DNA from: Nanopusillaceae archaeon
Lineage (GTDB): Archaea; Nanobdellota; Nanobdellia; Nanobdellales; Nanobdellaceae
Length of the DNA stretch: 32,000 nt
NCBI GenBank assembly: GCA_049974095.1
Contig: JBMFJD010000004.1
Span: 35,080-67,079 of the forward strand
Direction: 5' to 3'
The position numbers and the translations under genes were made by a program. The number at the start of each line of letters is the position of its first letter. Positions within the stretch are counted from its first letter, which is position 1. The notes beneath the pieces were generated by a model that searched no databases, was not told the origin of the DNA, and was given only the letters and a program-made list of their open reading frames with translations. Shown here in pieces: positions 16,030 through 23,894 of this stretch.

Positions 16030-16361
16030 ATTTTGTTAATTATAACAAACTTGATTGTTTTTGATAAGGGCCTTGTTTCTCCAATTAATACTTTGTCTCC
16101 AACATTAATATTTAAGCACTTTGGTACATGCGCTTTTATTTTTGATATTCTAATTTCATATCTTTCATATTTTGGTATATAATAATATTTTGCAAATTTA
16201 ACTAATGCAATTCCATGTTTTATTCTTATTACTTCTCCTTTAAATATAAATCCCCTTATCCTAACTTCTCCATGCCATGGGCATTTTTTATCATTACATG
16301 TATTTTCTGGAGGATTTACTCCTTCTATTCCAATATCTTTAACATGAACCTTCTGTGCCAT
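16026..16361 (-). CDS. rps17: 30S ribosomal protein S17 (uS17)
   Basis: CNDKKCPWHGEVRIRGFIFKGEVI...YYIPKYERYEIRISKIKAHVP...VGDKVLIGETRPLSKTIKFV. Confidence 0.9.
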   Translation of the reverse strand: MAQKVHVKDIGIEGVNPPENTCNDKKCPWHGEVRIRGFIFKGEVIRIKHGIALVKFAKYYYIPKYERYEIRISKIKAHVPKCLNINVGDKVLIGETRPLSKTIKFVIINKI

Positions 16362-16373
16362 GTTTCTTATAAG

Positions 16374-16381
16374 TTATAAAT
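16374..16381 (+). promoter_or_regulatory. TATA-like box (TTATAAAT) for the C/D sRNA / DUF488 transcript
   Basis: Centred about 25 nt upstream of the C box at 16403. Confidence 0.35.
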
Positions 16382-16383
16382 AA

Positions 16384-16391
16384 TTTTAAAA
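16384..16391 (-). promoter_or_regulatory. TATA-like box (TTTTAAAA) for the S17-L32e r-protein operon
   Basis: Centred about 26 nt upstream of the S17 ATG at 16361. Confidence 0.35.
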
Positions 16392-16402
16392 ATAATGTTT
16401 GT

Positions 16403-16452
16403 ATGATGAAGGATCAACGATCTGAGGAGATGATGAATGATGGGCAAACTGA
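16403..16452 (+). ncRNA. C/D box sRNA (2'-O-methylation guide)
   Basis: C box ATGATGA (16403-16409), 12-nt guide AGGATCAACGAT, D' box CTGA (16422-16425), 4-nt GGAG, C' box ATGATGA (16430-16436), 12-nt guide ATGATGGGCAAA, D box CTGA (16449-16452). Box order and the 12-nt spacers are exactly the archaeal architecture. Confidence 0.8.
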
Positions 16453-16960
16453 GATATATACGCTAGGTCATTCTAATAGAAATATAGAGGAATTCTTGGA
16501 GATATTAAAAAAGAAAGATATAGATATTGTTATAGATGTAAGATTAATACCTGGATCAAATAAATATCCACAATATAACAAAGAAAATTTAGAAAAATAC
16601 TTAAATAATAATAATATTGAATATTTACATTTAAAGGAGCTTGGAGGATTTAGAAAACCTTTAAAAGATTCTAAAAATATATGGTGGAGAAATAAAAGTT
16701 TTAGAGGATTTGCAGATTATATACAAAGGACAGAATTTAAAGATGTAATAAAAAAATTGATAGAAATTGCAAAAAATAAGAAAGTAGTAATAATTTGCTC
16801 TGAGAAAAATCCTTATAGATGCCATAGAAGAATAATATCTGACTATTTATCATTAATATATAATGTTAAAGTAATACATATAATTGATAAAAATAGAGAA
16901 GAAGAACATAAAGTTACTAAATCTACAAAAATAATCAATAATGATATTATTTATCAATAA
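16430..16960 (+). CDS. DUF488-family protein
   Basis: EIYTLGHSNRNIEEFLEILKKKDIDIVIDVRLIPGS...ENLEKYLNNNNIEYLHLKELGG and a later CSEKNPYRCHRR match DUF488. The ORF opens at 16403. Family members usually start just before the IYTxGHS motif, so the ATG at 16430 or 16433 (inside the C' box) is preferred. Confidence 0.7.
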   Translation: MMNDGQTEIYTLGHSNRNIEEFLEILKKKDIDIVIDVRLIPGSNKYPQYNKENLEKYLNNNNIEYLHLKELGGFRKPLKDSKNIWWRNKSFRGFADYIQRTEFKDVIKKLIEIAKNKKVVIICSEKNPYRCHRRIISDYLSLIYNVKVIHIIDKNREEEHKVTKSTKIINNDIIYQ

Positions 16961-16961
16961 T

Positions 16962-17390
16962 TTAGTGGGCGGCTTCCGTGCTTTCCCGGCCTTCGCCAGT
17001 ACTCACACAGACGTGGGCCGGCTTAACTTCCGTGTTCGAAATGGGTACGGGTGTTTCCCGGCCACTTTGGCCGCCCTTGATTTTATCATTTCCATGAACC
17101 TTTTTTAAATCTTTTCTTATATTGAATCTCTTAACATATCCACAATATAAACATTTATATATAATTCTTCCTCTTCTTATCCTTATTTGTAATGTTTTAC
17201 CGACAATCCATGGAGTATAACATCTTTTACAAAATTTATTTCTTAAATTTTTTGGCAATCTAATTCTAGCTTTATTTTTTATTTTCCATAAAATATAAAT
17301 ATATCTTCTAGATAATTCTAAATTATCAATATTTTCTATTGCTTTCTTATATAAATATTCTATTCTCTTTATTGCTGTTTTTTTATACAT
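16962..17390 (-). CDS. rnp4: RNase P protein component 4 (Rpp21/Rpr2). The ORF has no stop before the 5S gene and runs through it
   Basis: AIKRIEYLYKKAIEN...LSRRYIYILWKIKNKARIRLPKNLRNKFCKRCYTPWIVGKTLQIRI...YKCLYCGYVKRF is the Rpp21 helical arm plus zinc ribbon. The conserved domain ends near nt 17120. Residues ~105-142 (KGGQSGRETPVPISNTEVKPAHVCVSTGEGRESTEAAH) are a translation of the 5S rRNA gene. Confidence 0.75.
   Translation of the reverse strand: MYKKTAIKRIEYLYKKAIENIDNLELSRRYIYILWKIKNKARIRLPKNLRNKFCKRCYTPWIVGKTLQIRIRRGRIIYKCLYCGYVKRFNIRKDLKKVHGNDKIKGGQSGRETPVPISNTEVKPAHVCVSTGEGRESTEAAH
16965..17076 (-). rRNA. 5S ribosomal RNA (isolated, not linked to 16S/23S in this window)
   Basis: The reverse complement reads GGGCGGCCAAAGUGGCCGGGAAACACCCGUACCCAUUUCGAACACGGAAGUUAAGCCGGCCCACGUCUGUGUGAGUACUGGCGAAGGCCGGGAAAGCACGGAAGCCGCCCAC. 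It contains the conserved ACACCCGxACCCAUUUCGAACxCGGAAGUUAAGCC core. Helix I pairs GGGCGGC with GCCGCCC. Ends are accurate to within a few nt. Confidence 0.93.
17102..17109 (-). promoter_or_regulatory. 5S rRNA promoter: TATA box TTTAAAAA preceded by the purine-rich BRE-like AAGAAAAGA, embedded in the rnp4 coding sequence
   Basis: The minus strand reads AAGAAAAGATTTAAAAAAGG. The TATA centre lies about 29 nt upstream of the 5S 5' end at 17076. Confidence 0.45.
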
Positions 17391-17733
17391 ATATTTTTAC
17401 TTCCTTTTCTTCATTTTTATCAATATTTTTTACATATAATAAAATATAATCATCTTGACTTGCATTTACTTTTGGTATTAAAACTTCTATATTTTGTTTT
17501 CTATATTTATCAATTGAAATAACAATTGGAGAAATTAAATTATAATATAATCTAAATTTTAAGGCAATATATTGATCTTTAAAATATATATACTTCGTTC
17601 CTATTTCAAATTTCCTTATATATGGAGAATGATTCTTAATTGTTAATATAACTTTCTTTGAGTATTTCAAATTATCAACATCTGTAGATATATTTACTTC
17701 TACATCCCATCTATCTTCCAATTCTTCCATCAT
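17383..17733 (-). CDS. Hypothetical protein (116 aa)
   Basis: The ORF overlaps pth2 (4 nt) and rnp4 (8 nt) in the same orientation. Its composition looks beta-rich. I recognise no family. Confidence 0.45.
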   Translation of the reverse strand: MMEELEDRWDVEVNISTDVDNLKYSKKVILTIKNHSPYIRKFEIGTKYIYFKDQYIALKFRLYYNLISPIVISIDKYRKQNIEVLIPKVNASQDDYILLYVKNIDKNEEKEVKIYV

Positions 17734-18083
17734 AATAATTTTAATGTTCCTGTTATTTTATCAATCTTATCTTCATAATCTGGGCCTATACCTATGCATG
17801 TTATAGTACCTGGTTCTAATTGAGTTAAACCAGCATCCTTTATTAATACAGTATTTAATCCTTCATTTTTTGCTTTATTATATATATCCATTAATTTTTC
17901 TAAATTTTCTACATAAACAACAACCTTCTTGGCTCCTTCTTCTCTCCATTTTTCTACAATTTCTTTATTTTTATTTAATTGCTCTAATACACACTCAACT
18001 GCAGCATGGGCTACTTGAACACACAACTTTCCTTTTCCAATATCTAAATCTTTTCTAACTACAACTACTAATTTATAAACCAT
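17730..18083 (-). CDS. pth2: Peptidyl-tRNA hydrolase, archaeal type (Pth2)
   Basis: KLVVVVRKDLDIGKGKLCVQVAHAAV...KKVVVYV...LIKDAGLTQLEPGTITCIGIGP. Confidence 0.9.
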   Translation of the reverse strand: MVYKLVVVVRKDLDIGKGKLCVQVAHAAVECVLEQLNKNKEIVEKWREEGAKKVVVYVENLEKLMDIYNKAKNEGLNTVLIKDAGLTQLEPGTITCIGIGPDYEDKIDKITGTLKLL

Positions 18084-18435
18084 CTAATCCTTTTAATTTT
18101 TCTAATAAAAACTTTAATTTATAATTATCTAGTTTTTCATTTATTATTTCTTCATCTAATTTTTTATATAAGTCATCTAATTTTTTATTTATTTCATTTA
18201 GAACAGAATATATATTCTTTATTTCATTTTCTAAATTATTATATTTATTTTCAATCATATTTATTCTTTCGTCTCTTTTTTTATCTAATTCTTGAATATT
18301 TAAAATTTCACTTTTCATTTTATTTGTTTCCTCTTTTACATCATCTACATATTTCTTTAAATTTTCTAATATCTCTTCATATTTATCAAAGTCCAATAAC
18401 CTATTAATAATTTTATCATAACCTAAATCATCCAT
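18073..18435 (-). CDS. Hypothetical coiled-coil protein (120 aa)
   Basis: Heptad-like K/E/N/L-rich sequence. It is the first gene of the pth2-rnp4 string, with a TTTATTAA centred about 26 nt upstream of the ATG. Confidence 0.45.
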   Translation of the reverse strand: MDDLGYDKIINRLLDFDKYEEILENLKKYVDDVKEETNKMKSEILNIQELDKKRDERINMIENKYNNLENEIKNIYSVLNEINKKLDDLYKKLDEEIINEKLDNYKLKFLLEKLKGLDGL

Positions 18436-18470
18436 AAAAATACTTTTTATTTAGATATTAATAAATATGT

Positions 18471-18992
18471 ATGATAGCAAGATTGCATCAGACACTAAGT
18501 TTATTGTTATCATATTTATTATTTTATTATATATTTTCTTTTGATAAAATATCTTCAATAATTATTGCAATATTTGTAGGCATTATTTCAACAATACCGG
18601 ATTTTGATTATAAAATATTTAAGTGGAGTAATAAACAATATTTGTTTTTAAATAAAACAAAATTAAAATATCCTCTATTTCCATATTATTTATTTATATT
18701 ATTTCTAATAAAAATATTTAAACATAGAGGAATTACACATTCCATATTTCCAATAATTTTATTTTTTCTTCTAGGTTTTTTTACAATAAGACTTTTTTAT
18801 TTATTTTCTCTAGCATTTTTATTGCATATTATTGAAGATTCTTTAACAGTATCAGGTATTCAACCATTTTATCCATTATTAAATTTCAAATTTGTAATAC
18901 CTATATTAAATAATAAAAAACATAGGAAATTACAGATATTTTTATCATATCTAACAATATTTATTTTTCTTTACTTTATTATTTTTTTATGA
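18471..18992 (+). CDS. Membrane-bound metal-dependent hydrolase, YdjM/DUF457-like
   Basis: Polytopic membrane protein with HRGITHSIF and LLHIIEDSLTVSGIQPFYP, resembling the His/Asp motifs of the YdjM family. Confidence 0.5.
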   Translation: MIARLHQTLSLLLSYLLFYYIFSFDKISSIIIAIFVGIISTIPDFDYKIFKWSNKQYLFLNKTKLKYPLFPYYLFILFLIKIFKHRGITHSIFPIILFFLLGFFTIRLFYLFSLAFLLHIIEDSLTVSGIQPFYPLLNFKFVIPILNNKKHRKLQIFLSYLTIFIFLYFIIFL

Positions 18993-19519
18993 GAATATTT
19001 ATTGCAATTGATTTACCAGAAAAAATAAAGGATGAAATATTTAATTTAGGGAAAAAAGTAAGAGGAATAAATGGAAAATATGTTGAAAGAGAAAATTTAC
19101 ATATAACATTAAAATTTATTGGAGATATACAACCAGATTTTGTAGAAAGGATAAAAGAAGTATTAAAAAATGTAAAATATAATAAATTTTATATTAGAAT
19201 TGAAAAATTTGGTATGTTTAATGAAAGAGTATTATGGTTAGGAATATCAAAGGGATTTGAAGATATAATTAATTTACATAACTTAATAGATAATGAATTG
19301 GTAAAATTAAAGATAGAAAGAGATTATGACTTCCATCCACATATTACTTTATACAGAATAAAAGGAATAAATAATAGAAAAGATCTTGAGGAATCATTAA
19401 AATATTTAGAAAAATATAGATCTGAAGATATCATTGTTGATAAATTTTATATAAAACAAAGCATACTAAGACCACAAGGTCCTTTATATTTAAATGTAGA
19501 AGAATATAAACTATTATAA
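18989..19519 (+). CDS. thpR: RNA 2',3'-cyclic phosphodiesterase (ThpR/LigT, 2H family)
   Basis: Two HxT/S motifs at the expected spacing: ENLHITLKFIGD and FHPHITLYRIKG. The N-terminus MRIFIAIDLP is also typical. Confidence 0.8.
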   Translation: MRIFIAIDLPEKIKDEIFNLGKKVRGINGKYVERENLHITLKFIGDIQPDFVERIKEVLKNVKYNKFYIRIEKFGMFNERVLWLGISKGFEDIINLHNLIDNELVKLKIERDYDFHPHITLYRIKGINNRKDLEESLKYLEKYRSEDIIVDKFYIKQSILRPQGPLYLNVEEYKLL

Positions 19520-19544
19520 AGGTTATTGTAAAATATCATTAAAT

Positions 19545-19742
19545 ATGGCTAGTCAATTATTACCTGAATTAAAAGCAAGAAAATTCGATAGGATATTTAT
19601 ATGTAGAAAATGTGGAGCAAGAATTAGAGCAGATCCTGATAAAGTGAGAGCTGGATTAGTTAAATGTAGAAAATGCGGATCTAGAGCATTAAGACCAAAG
19701 AAATCAGAAATTGTATTGGTTGCTGGAAAAACTACTAAATGA
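19545..19742 (+). CDS. rpl40e: 50S ribosomal protein L40e (eL40)
   Basis: RIFICRKCGARI...VKCRKCGSRALRPKK zinc ribbon typical of eL40. Confidence 0.85.
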   Translation: MASQLLPELKARKFDRIFICRKCGARIRADPDKVRAGLVKCRKCGSRALRPKKSEIVLVAGKTTK

Positions 19743-20842
19743 ACTATCAGATAAATTTACCAACCTCATCAATATTAGAAATTATTTTAATTTTTTTAGT
19801 TTTAAATATAATTTTTATTATATTGAAAAAAATATATAAAGAAAATACTGATTATAAATTTATATACGGAATTTTCAGAACAAAAAAATATACAGAAATA
19901 ATGGAAAAATTTTCTAATAGTTTTTATTCAAAATTTTTATCATTTTCTTCATTATTATTATCCCCAATAATTATTTTATCTTCATTATTTTTTCTTTTTT
20001 TAGGAATATTCACATATACCCCAACATATGTACCTTTAATTCCTGGAGCATCTTATGGACCTATATCAATTCCTATAGTTCAATCAATTATCGCAATATT
20101 TATTGCTGCATTTATTCATGAGTTTTCTCATGGTGTTTTAGTATTTAAAAATAAATTAAATTTAAAATCATGGGGTTTCTTTTATCTAGGTCCTTTAATA
20201 GGTGCATTTGTAGAACCTGATGATAAGGAAATAGAGAAAATAAGTAAAAAAGAACAATTAAAAATTTATGGAGCAGGTTCTACTATAAATATTATTGCTG
20301 GAATACTCTTCTTAGGATTATTTTTATTGTTTTCTCAATTAATTATCTCTTTTAATTTAGCAAAACCATATGTAAAAATAATAGGAACAATGCCAAATAC
20401 CTATGTATATAATGTTATTCCAAATAATACTATATTATATACTATTAATAATTATTCAATTAGTTATGTAACACAAATTGGAGAAATTACTAAAAATATG
20501 AAACCTGGAGAATATGTTTATTTATATACAAGTTCTGGAGATTATAATATTAAATTATCTGAAATTGATAATAAAACATTTATTGGAATTATTGTAGAAC
20601 AAGAATATAGTTTTTCAAATCCATCTATTCCATTTACTTCATCATTATTATTTTGGCTATTTGTAATAGATATTGGTTTAGGAATTGGTAATATGTTACC
20701 AATATATCCTTTAGACGGAGGAAGAGCACTAAAATCTTTATTAGAAATGTATATTGATGAAAATAAAGTTAAAAAAATAATAAGTATTATATCTATACTA
20801 GTTATTTTATTAATAATATATAATATTTCATTTATTCTTTAA
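19739..20842 (+). CDS. Site-2 protease (M50 family intramembrane metalloprotease)
   Basis: HExxH motif FIHEFSHGVL. The second metal-ligand motif is NMLPIYPLDGGRAL. Multiple TM helices are present. The central charge-poor segment is probably an extracytoplasmic PDZ-like domain. Confidence 0.85.
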   Translation: MNYQINLPTSSILEIILIFLVLNIIFIILKKIYKENTDYKFIYGIFRTKKYTEIMEKFSNSFYSKFLSFSSLLLSPIIILSSLFFLFLGIFTYTPTYVPLIPGASYGPISIPIVQSIIAIFIAAFIHEFSHGVLVFKNKLNLKSWGFFYLGPLIGAFVEPDDKEIEKISKKEQLKIYGAGSTINIIAGILFLGLFLLFSQLIISFNLAKPYVKIIGTMPNTYVYNVIPNNTILYTINNYSISYVTQIGEITKNMKPGEYVYLYTSSGDYNIKLSEIDNKTFIGIIVEQEYSFSNPSIPFTSSLLFWLFVIDIGLGIGNMLPIYPLDGGRALKSLLEMYIDENKVKKIISIISILVILLIIYNISFIL

Positions 20843-21417
20843 TCACATCTTGTAGATTTTCTAATAAACAATTTATCAGTTAATAAATTATATATATCCC
20901 CTACATAATCTACTTTTCTTCTAATATCATAATTCTTAAATTCCATATATAACATATATTGATATATTTCAAATATAATTTCTCTAGCTTTTTCAGCAAA
21001 TTCTATATTATTTTTTAACATTTCTTCAATAGATTTTCTATATAATTCTCCAACAAAATCCATTAATCCCATAACATAAGGATATTCCTCTACTTCAATT
21101 TCATAATTCTTTATTATTTTATTTTCAGTTATAAAATAATAAAATATCATTGCTTCTGCATATTCTTGTAAATTTACCTGTATATTATTATATAATGTTT
21201 TTTCTTCATTTACTATTTTTTCTAATTCTTCTTTTATTTTTTTCATTTCATTTATATAATTTTTAGCTGATTCTAAATCTCCTCTAATAGTAGAATATAT
21301 TACTGATTTTGATAATCTATTTAATTTTATACCTAACTGTATTACTTTATCTCTTTTTTCTTCATATTGATTAAATTTATCTTTTAATTTATCAATATAT
21401 TCTTTTTCTATCATCAT
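20839..21417 (-). CDS. Translin-family protein (tentative)
   Basis: All-helical. RDKVIQLGIKLNRLSKSVIYSTIRGDLESAKNYI...LQEYAEAMIFYYF...YVMGLMDFVGELYRKSIE follows the translin-like pattern (QEYvEA...Y.xGlxDxxGEL.R). The track start at 21423 is a TTG, and the first ATG is at 21417. Confidence 0.55.
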   Translation of the reverse strand: MMIEKEYIDKLKDKFNQYEEKRDKVIQLGIKLNRLSKSVIYSTIRGDLESAKNYINEMKKIKEELEKIVNEEKTLYNNIQVNLQEYAEAMIFYYFITENKIIKNYEIEVEEYPYVMGLMDFVGELYRKSIEEMLKNNIEFAEKAREIIFEIYQYMLYMEFKNYDIRRKVDYVGDIYNLLTDKLFIRKSTRCD

Positions 21418-21462
21418 TTTCAATCTATATTAAATAATCTTAAAAAGATAAATTATAAATGA

Positions 21463-22587
21463 TTAGAAATTAGAAAATAAATGTTTTATATACATAGTAG
21501 CAAAAGAACCTTTATTTAAAATAAATGAAATTTCAATAATATCATTATTTATTTTATAATCCAATTCTTTTACTTCAGATAATAAATTTCTATTAGTAGA
21601 TAATAAAGATAATGATGGCTTATCCTTAAATTCCAATTCTTCAATATTTATATTTTCTTCTCCCAATATTTCTTTATATATTTCTTTATCTTTTATGTCA
21701 TATCCTATCAATGGAAATATTTTATTTTTTAATTTGTCTATCTCTTCTTTATCTTTTATAATATAAAATTTTCCAATTTTTGTTTCAATATAATATTTAT
21801 CTCCATAATTTTTTTCTATATATCTTGAAACTAATTTGTTCCATAGATATGATTGATATGAATGAACAAACATCTTTAATATTCTTTTAGGTATATATCT
21901 TAATGCTCTTCTGTAATTTATTTCTTTTGATAAATATGTTAATAATGATCTCTCAATATCTAAGAAACTTGGATATAATTTTAATGCCTCTTTAAAATTT
22001 CCCCAATTTTCTAATAAATATTTTCTAGCCTTAATTGATAATTCATTTTTTTCATTATTATAATCCGTTAAAAATATCTTTATTGCATTTTCAAAATCTC
22101 TTTTAATTATATATTTCCCAATTATATGATTGTTATATCTATTTCCAAACCTTTGTTCATCAAAATAATTAAAATAATATTTATCAAATATTTTAATATT
22201 TTTTTCAAATAATTCTCTTTCTTTTTCATTTACTTCTCTTATTATTATTCTAAAATAATTATATTCTATATCAGAAATCCTTAATGGTTCATCATAAGAT
22301 CCTACATATTTTAAATAAACATTTCCAAAATTATATTCTTCTTTAAATTCGTTTAAATTTCTTATTGCTATATATTGCTCAGATATAGTATTTTTATCTT
22401 TTTCTCCAGCAAAATATATTTTCCTTTTTGATATATGTAATTTTCTTGCAATAATTTTTATTGCTTTTATTGTACTAATATTTTTCTTTCTCATTAAAAA
22501 GTATCTGAATGTTTCTCCCTCTTTCTTTTTATCCAAATCTATTATCTCTTTAACATAAAAATCCTCAGGTTTACTTTTTATTTTCAT
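21463..22587 (-). CDS. truD: tRNA pseudouridine synthase TruD/Pus7 family
   Basis: N-terminal IKSKPEDFYVKEI and NYFDEQRFG are TruD signatures. Confidence 0.85.
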   Translation of the reverse strand: MKIKSKPEDFYVKEIIDLDKKKEGETFRYFLMRKKNISTIKAIKIIARKLHISKRKIYFAGEKDKNTISEQYIAIRNLNEFKEEYNFGNVYLKYVGSYDEPLRISDIEYNYFRIIIREVNEKERELFEKNIKIFDKYYFNYFDEQRFGNRYNNHIIGKYIIKRDFENAIKIFLTDYNNEKNELSIKARKYLLENWGNFKEALKLYPSFLDIERSLLTYLSKEINYRRALRYIPKRILKMFVHSYQSYLWNKLVSRYIEKNYGDKYYIETKIGKFYIIKDKEEIDKLKNKIFPLIGYDIKDKEIYKEILGEENINIEELEFKDKPSLSLLSTNRNLLSEVKELDYKINNDIIEISFILNKGSFATMYIKHLFSNF

Positions 22588-22595
22588 CTTAATTT

Positions 22596-23738
22596 TTATA
22601 TTTTAAATTCCCACTCCCACATTTCTTTTGCTAATTTTCCATCATACATGAACTTCTCAATTTTAATGTTTTTTCTTCTTTCCTGTATCTCCTTTAAGAA
22701 CTCCCATATTTTTTTAACAGTATAATCTTTTAATTCTCCAGTAGTTAACTCTCCACTAATATATTTTTCTCTTATTTCTAATAATTTTTTATCGTCTTCT
22801 TCAAATAATACATATAACCAGAAATATGATACATCAATATCTGGATTTCCTCCATATTTTCTATGTTCTTCTAATGTTGCTCTTCCACCAGAAAATGCAT
22901 ATTTAAATATTTTATTTCTTATTGTTTCATAATCATCATCAATAAATATTGCAGATTTTGGATCTGAAGCACTCATTTTTGTATATGGTCCCTGTAATCC
23001 CCAAACAAATTTAGATAATATTGTTGCTGCTTTTTTATATCCAAATTTTGGAGCAATATCTCTTTGTAATCTAAAGTATGGATCCTGATCTATTCCACAT
23101 GGAATTAATGGTATATTTTTCTCAAAAAATGTCGGAACAATTTGTAATGAAATATAGAATGGTAAACCAATAGTAGCACTATCATTGAATCCAAATACAG
23201 ACTTTGCAGTATTTAAATTTATTTCTCTTGCAATATATATTGCTGCTTTATATAAATGTTGAATATATTCAGAATCTATAAATATAAATGTTTTATCTGG
23301 ATCATATCCAATTGAAGCAATTGTTTTTGCATCTTCCAATGCATATTGATATGCTTCTTCATAATTATCTACTTTTTTCTCCCAATATTTTTCTTCATCT
23401 GGTATTTGTATATATACATTTACATCGAATTTCTCTTGTAGCCATTTTGTTAAAATAAATGGAATTAAATGCCCTATATGCATTTTACTTTTTGAAGGTG
23501 CTCTTCCAGTATATAAGAAAAACCTTTTACCATTTTCATATTCTCTTAAAACAATATCAAAATCTCTATGAGCATAAAAGAATTTTCTTCTTAATAATAG
23601 ATGAGTATATCCAGCAATTTCTTCTACTTTATTTAATATATAATCATCAATTTCTTTTACTCCAAATAATTCTATTAATCTTTTATAATCTTCTTCTGAT
23701 TTTATATTTACATCGTACATATTAATTATATCATTCAT
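22596..23738 (-). CDS. trpS: Tryptophanyl-tRNA synthetase (archaeal/eukaryotic type)
   Basis: YTGRAPSKSKMHIGHLIPFILTKWLQEKFDVNVYIQIPDEEKY closely parallels the eukaryotic/archaeal TrpRS HIGH region. A KMSAS loop is present. Confidence 0.92.
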   Translation of the reverse strand: MNDIINMYDVNIKSEEDYKRLIELFGVKEIDDYILNKVEEIAGYTHLLLRRKFFYAHRDFDIVLREYENGKRFFLYTGRAPSKSKMHIGHLIPFILTKWLQEKFDVNVYIQIPDEEKYWEKKVDNYEEAYQYALEDAKTIASIGYDPDKTFIFIDSEYIQHLYKAAIYIAREINLNTAKSVFGFNDSATIGLPFYISLQIVPTFFEKNIPLIPCGIDQDPYFRLQRDIAPKFGYKKAATILSKFVWGLQGPYTKMSASDPKSAIFIDDDYETIRNKIFKYAFSGGRATLEEHRKYGGNPDIDVSYFWLYVLFEEDDKKLLEIREKYISGELTTGELKDYTVKKIWEFLKEIQERRKNIKIEKFMYDGKLAKEMWEWEFKI

Positions 23739-23810
23739 CCATAATAATTATTTATCAATAATTTAAAACTTAATATTATGTTTTAACTTTGAAAAACAAA
23801 AATATTATAT

Positions 23811-23894
23811 GCCGCGGTGCCCGAGTGGACCAAGGGGTCTGGCTCGAGACCAGATCCCCGAAAGGGGACGTGGGTTCAAATCCCACCCGCGGCG
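23811..23894 (+). tRNA. tRNA-Ser (anticodon CGA)
   Basis: 84 nt. Acceptor GCCGCGG/CCGCGGC, anticodon stem TCTGG/CCAGA with loop CUCGAGA, long variable arm (CCCCGAAAGGGG), T arm GTGGG-TTCAAAT-CCCAC, discriminator G. It is a GC-rich island. Confidence 0.92.

Noticed and set aside
17383-17733. Whether the 116-aa protein next to rnp4 is another RNase P protein subunit (Pop5, Rpp29 or Rpp30).
   Set aside because: None of the characteristic segments of those families is recognisable in the sequence, and the size matches Pop5 only loosely. It is kept as a hypothetical protein and flagged only by gene context.
22261-22300. A minus-strand ATGATGA followed 14 nt later by CTGA inside truD, as a possible second C/D box sRNA.
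   Set aside because: The spacing is not 12 nt, no C'/D' or second D box follows, and the sequence simply encodes YDEPLRISD of TruD. Other ATGATGA/TGATGA occurrences I checked on both strands also lack a CTGA at the right distance.
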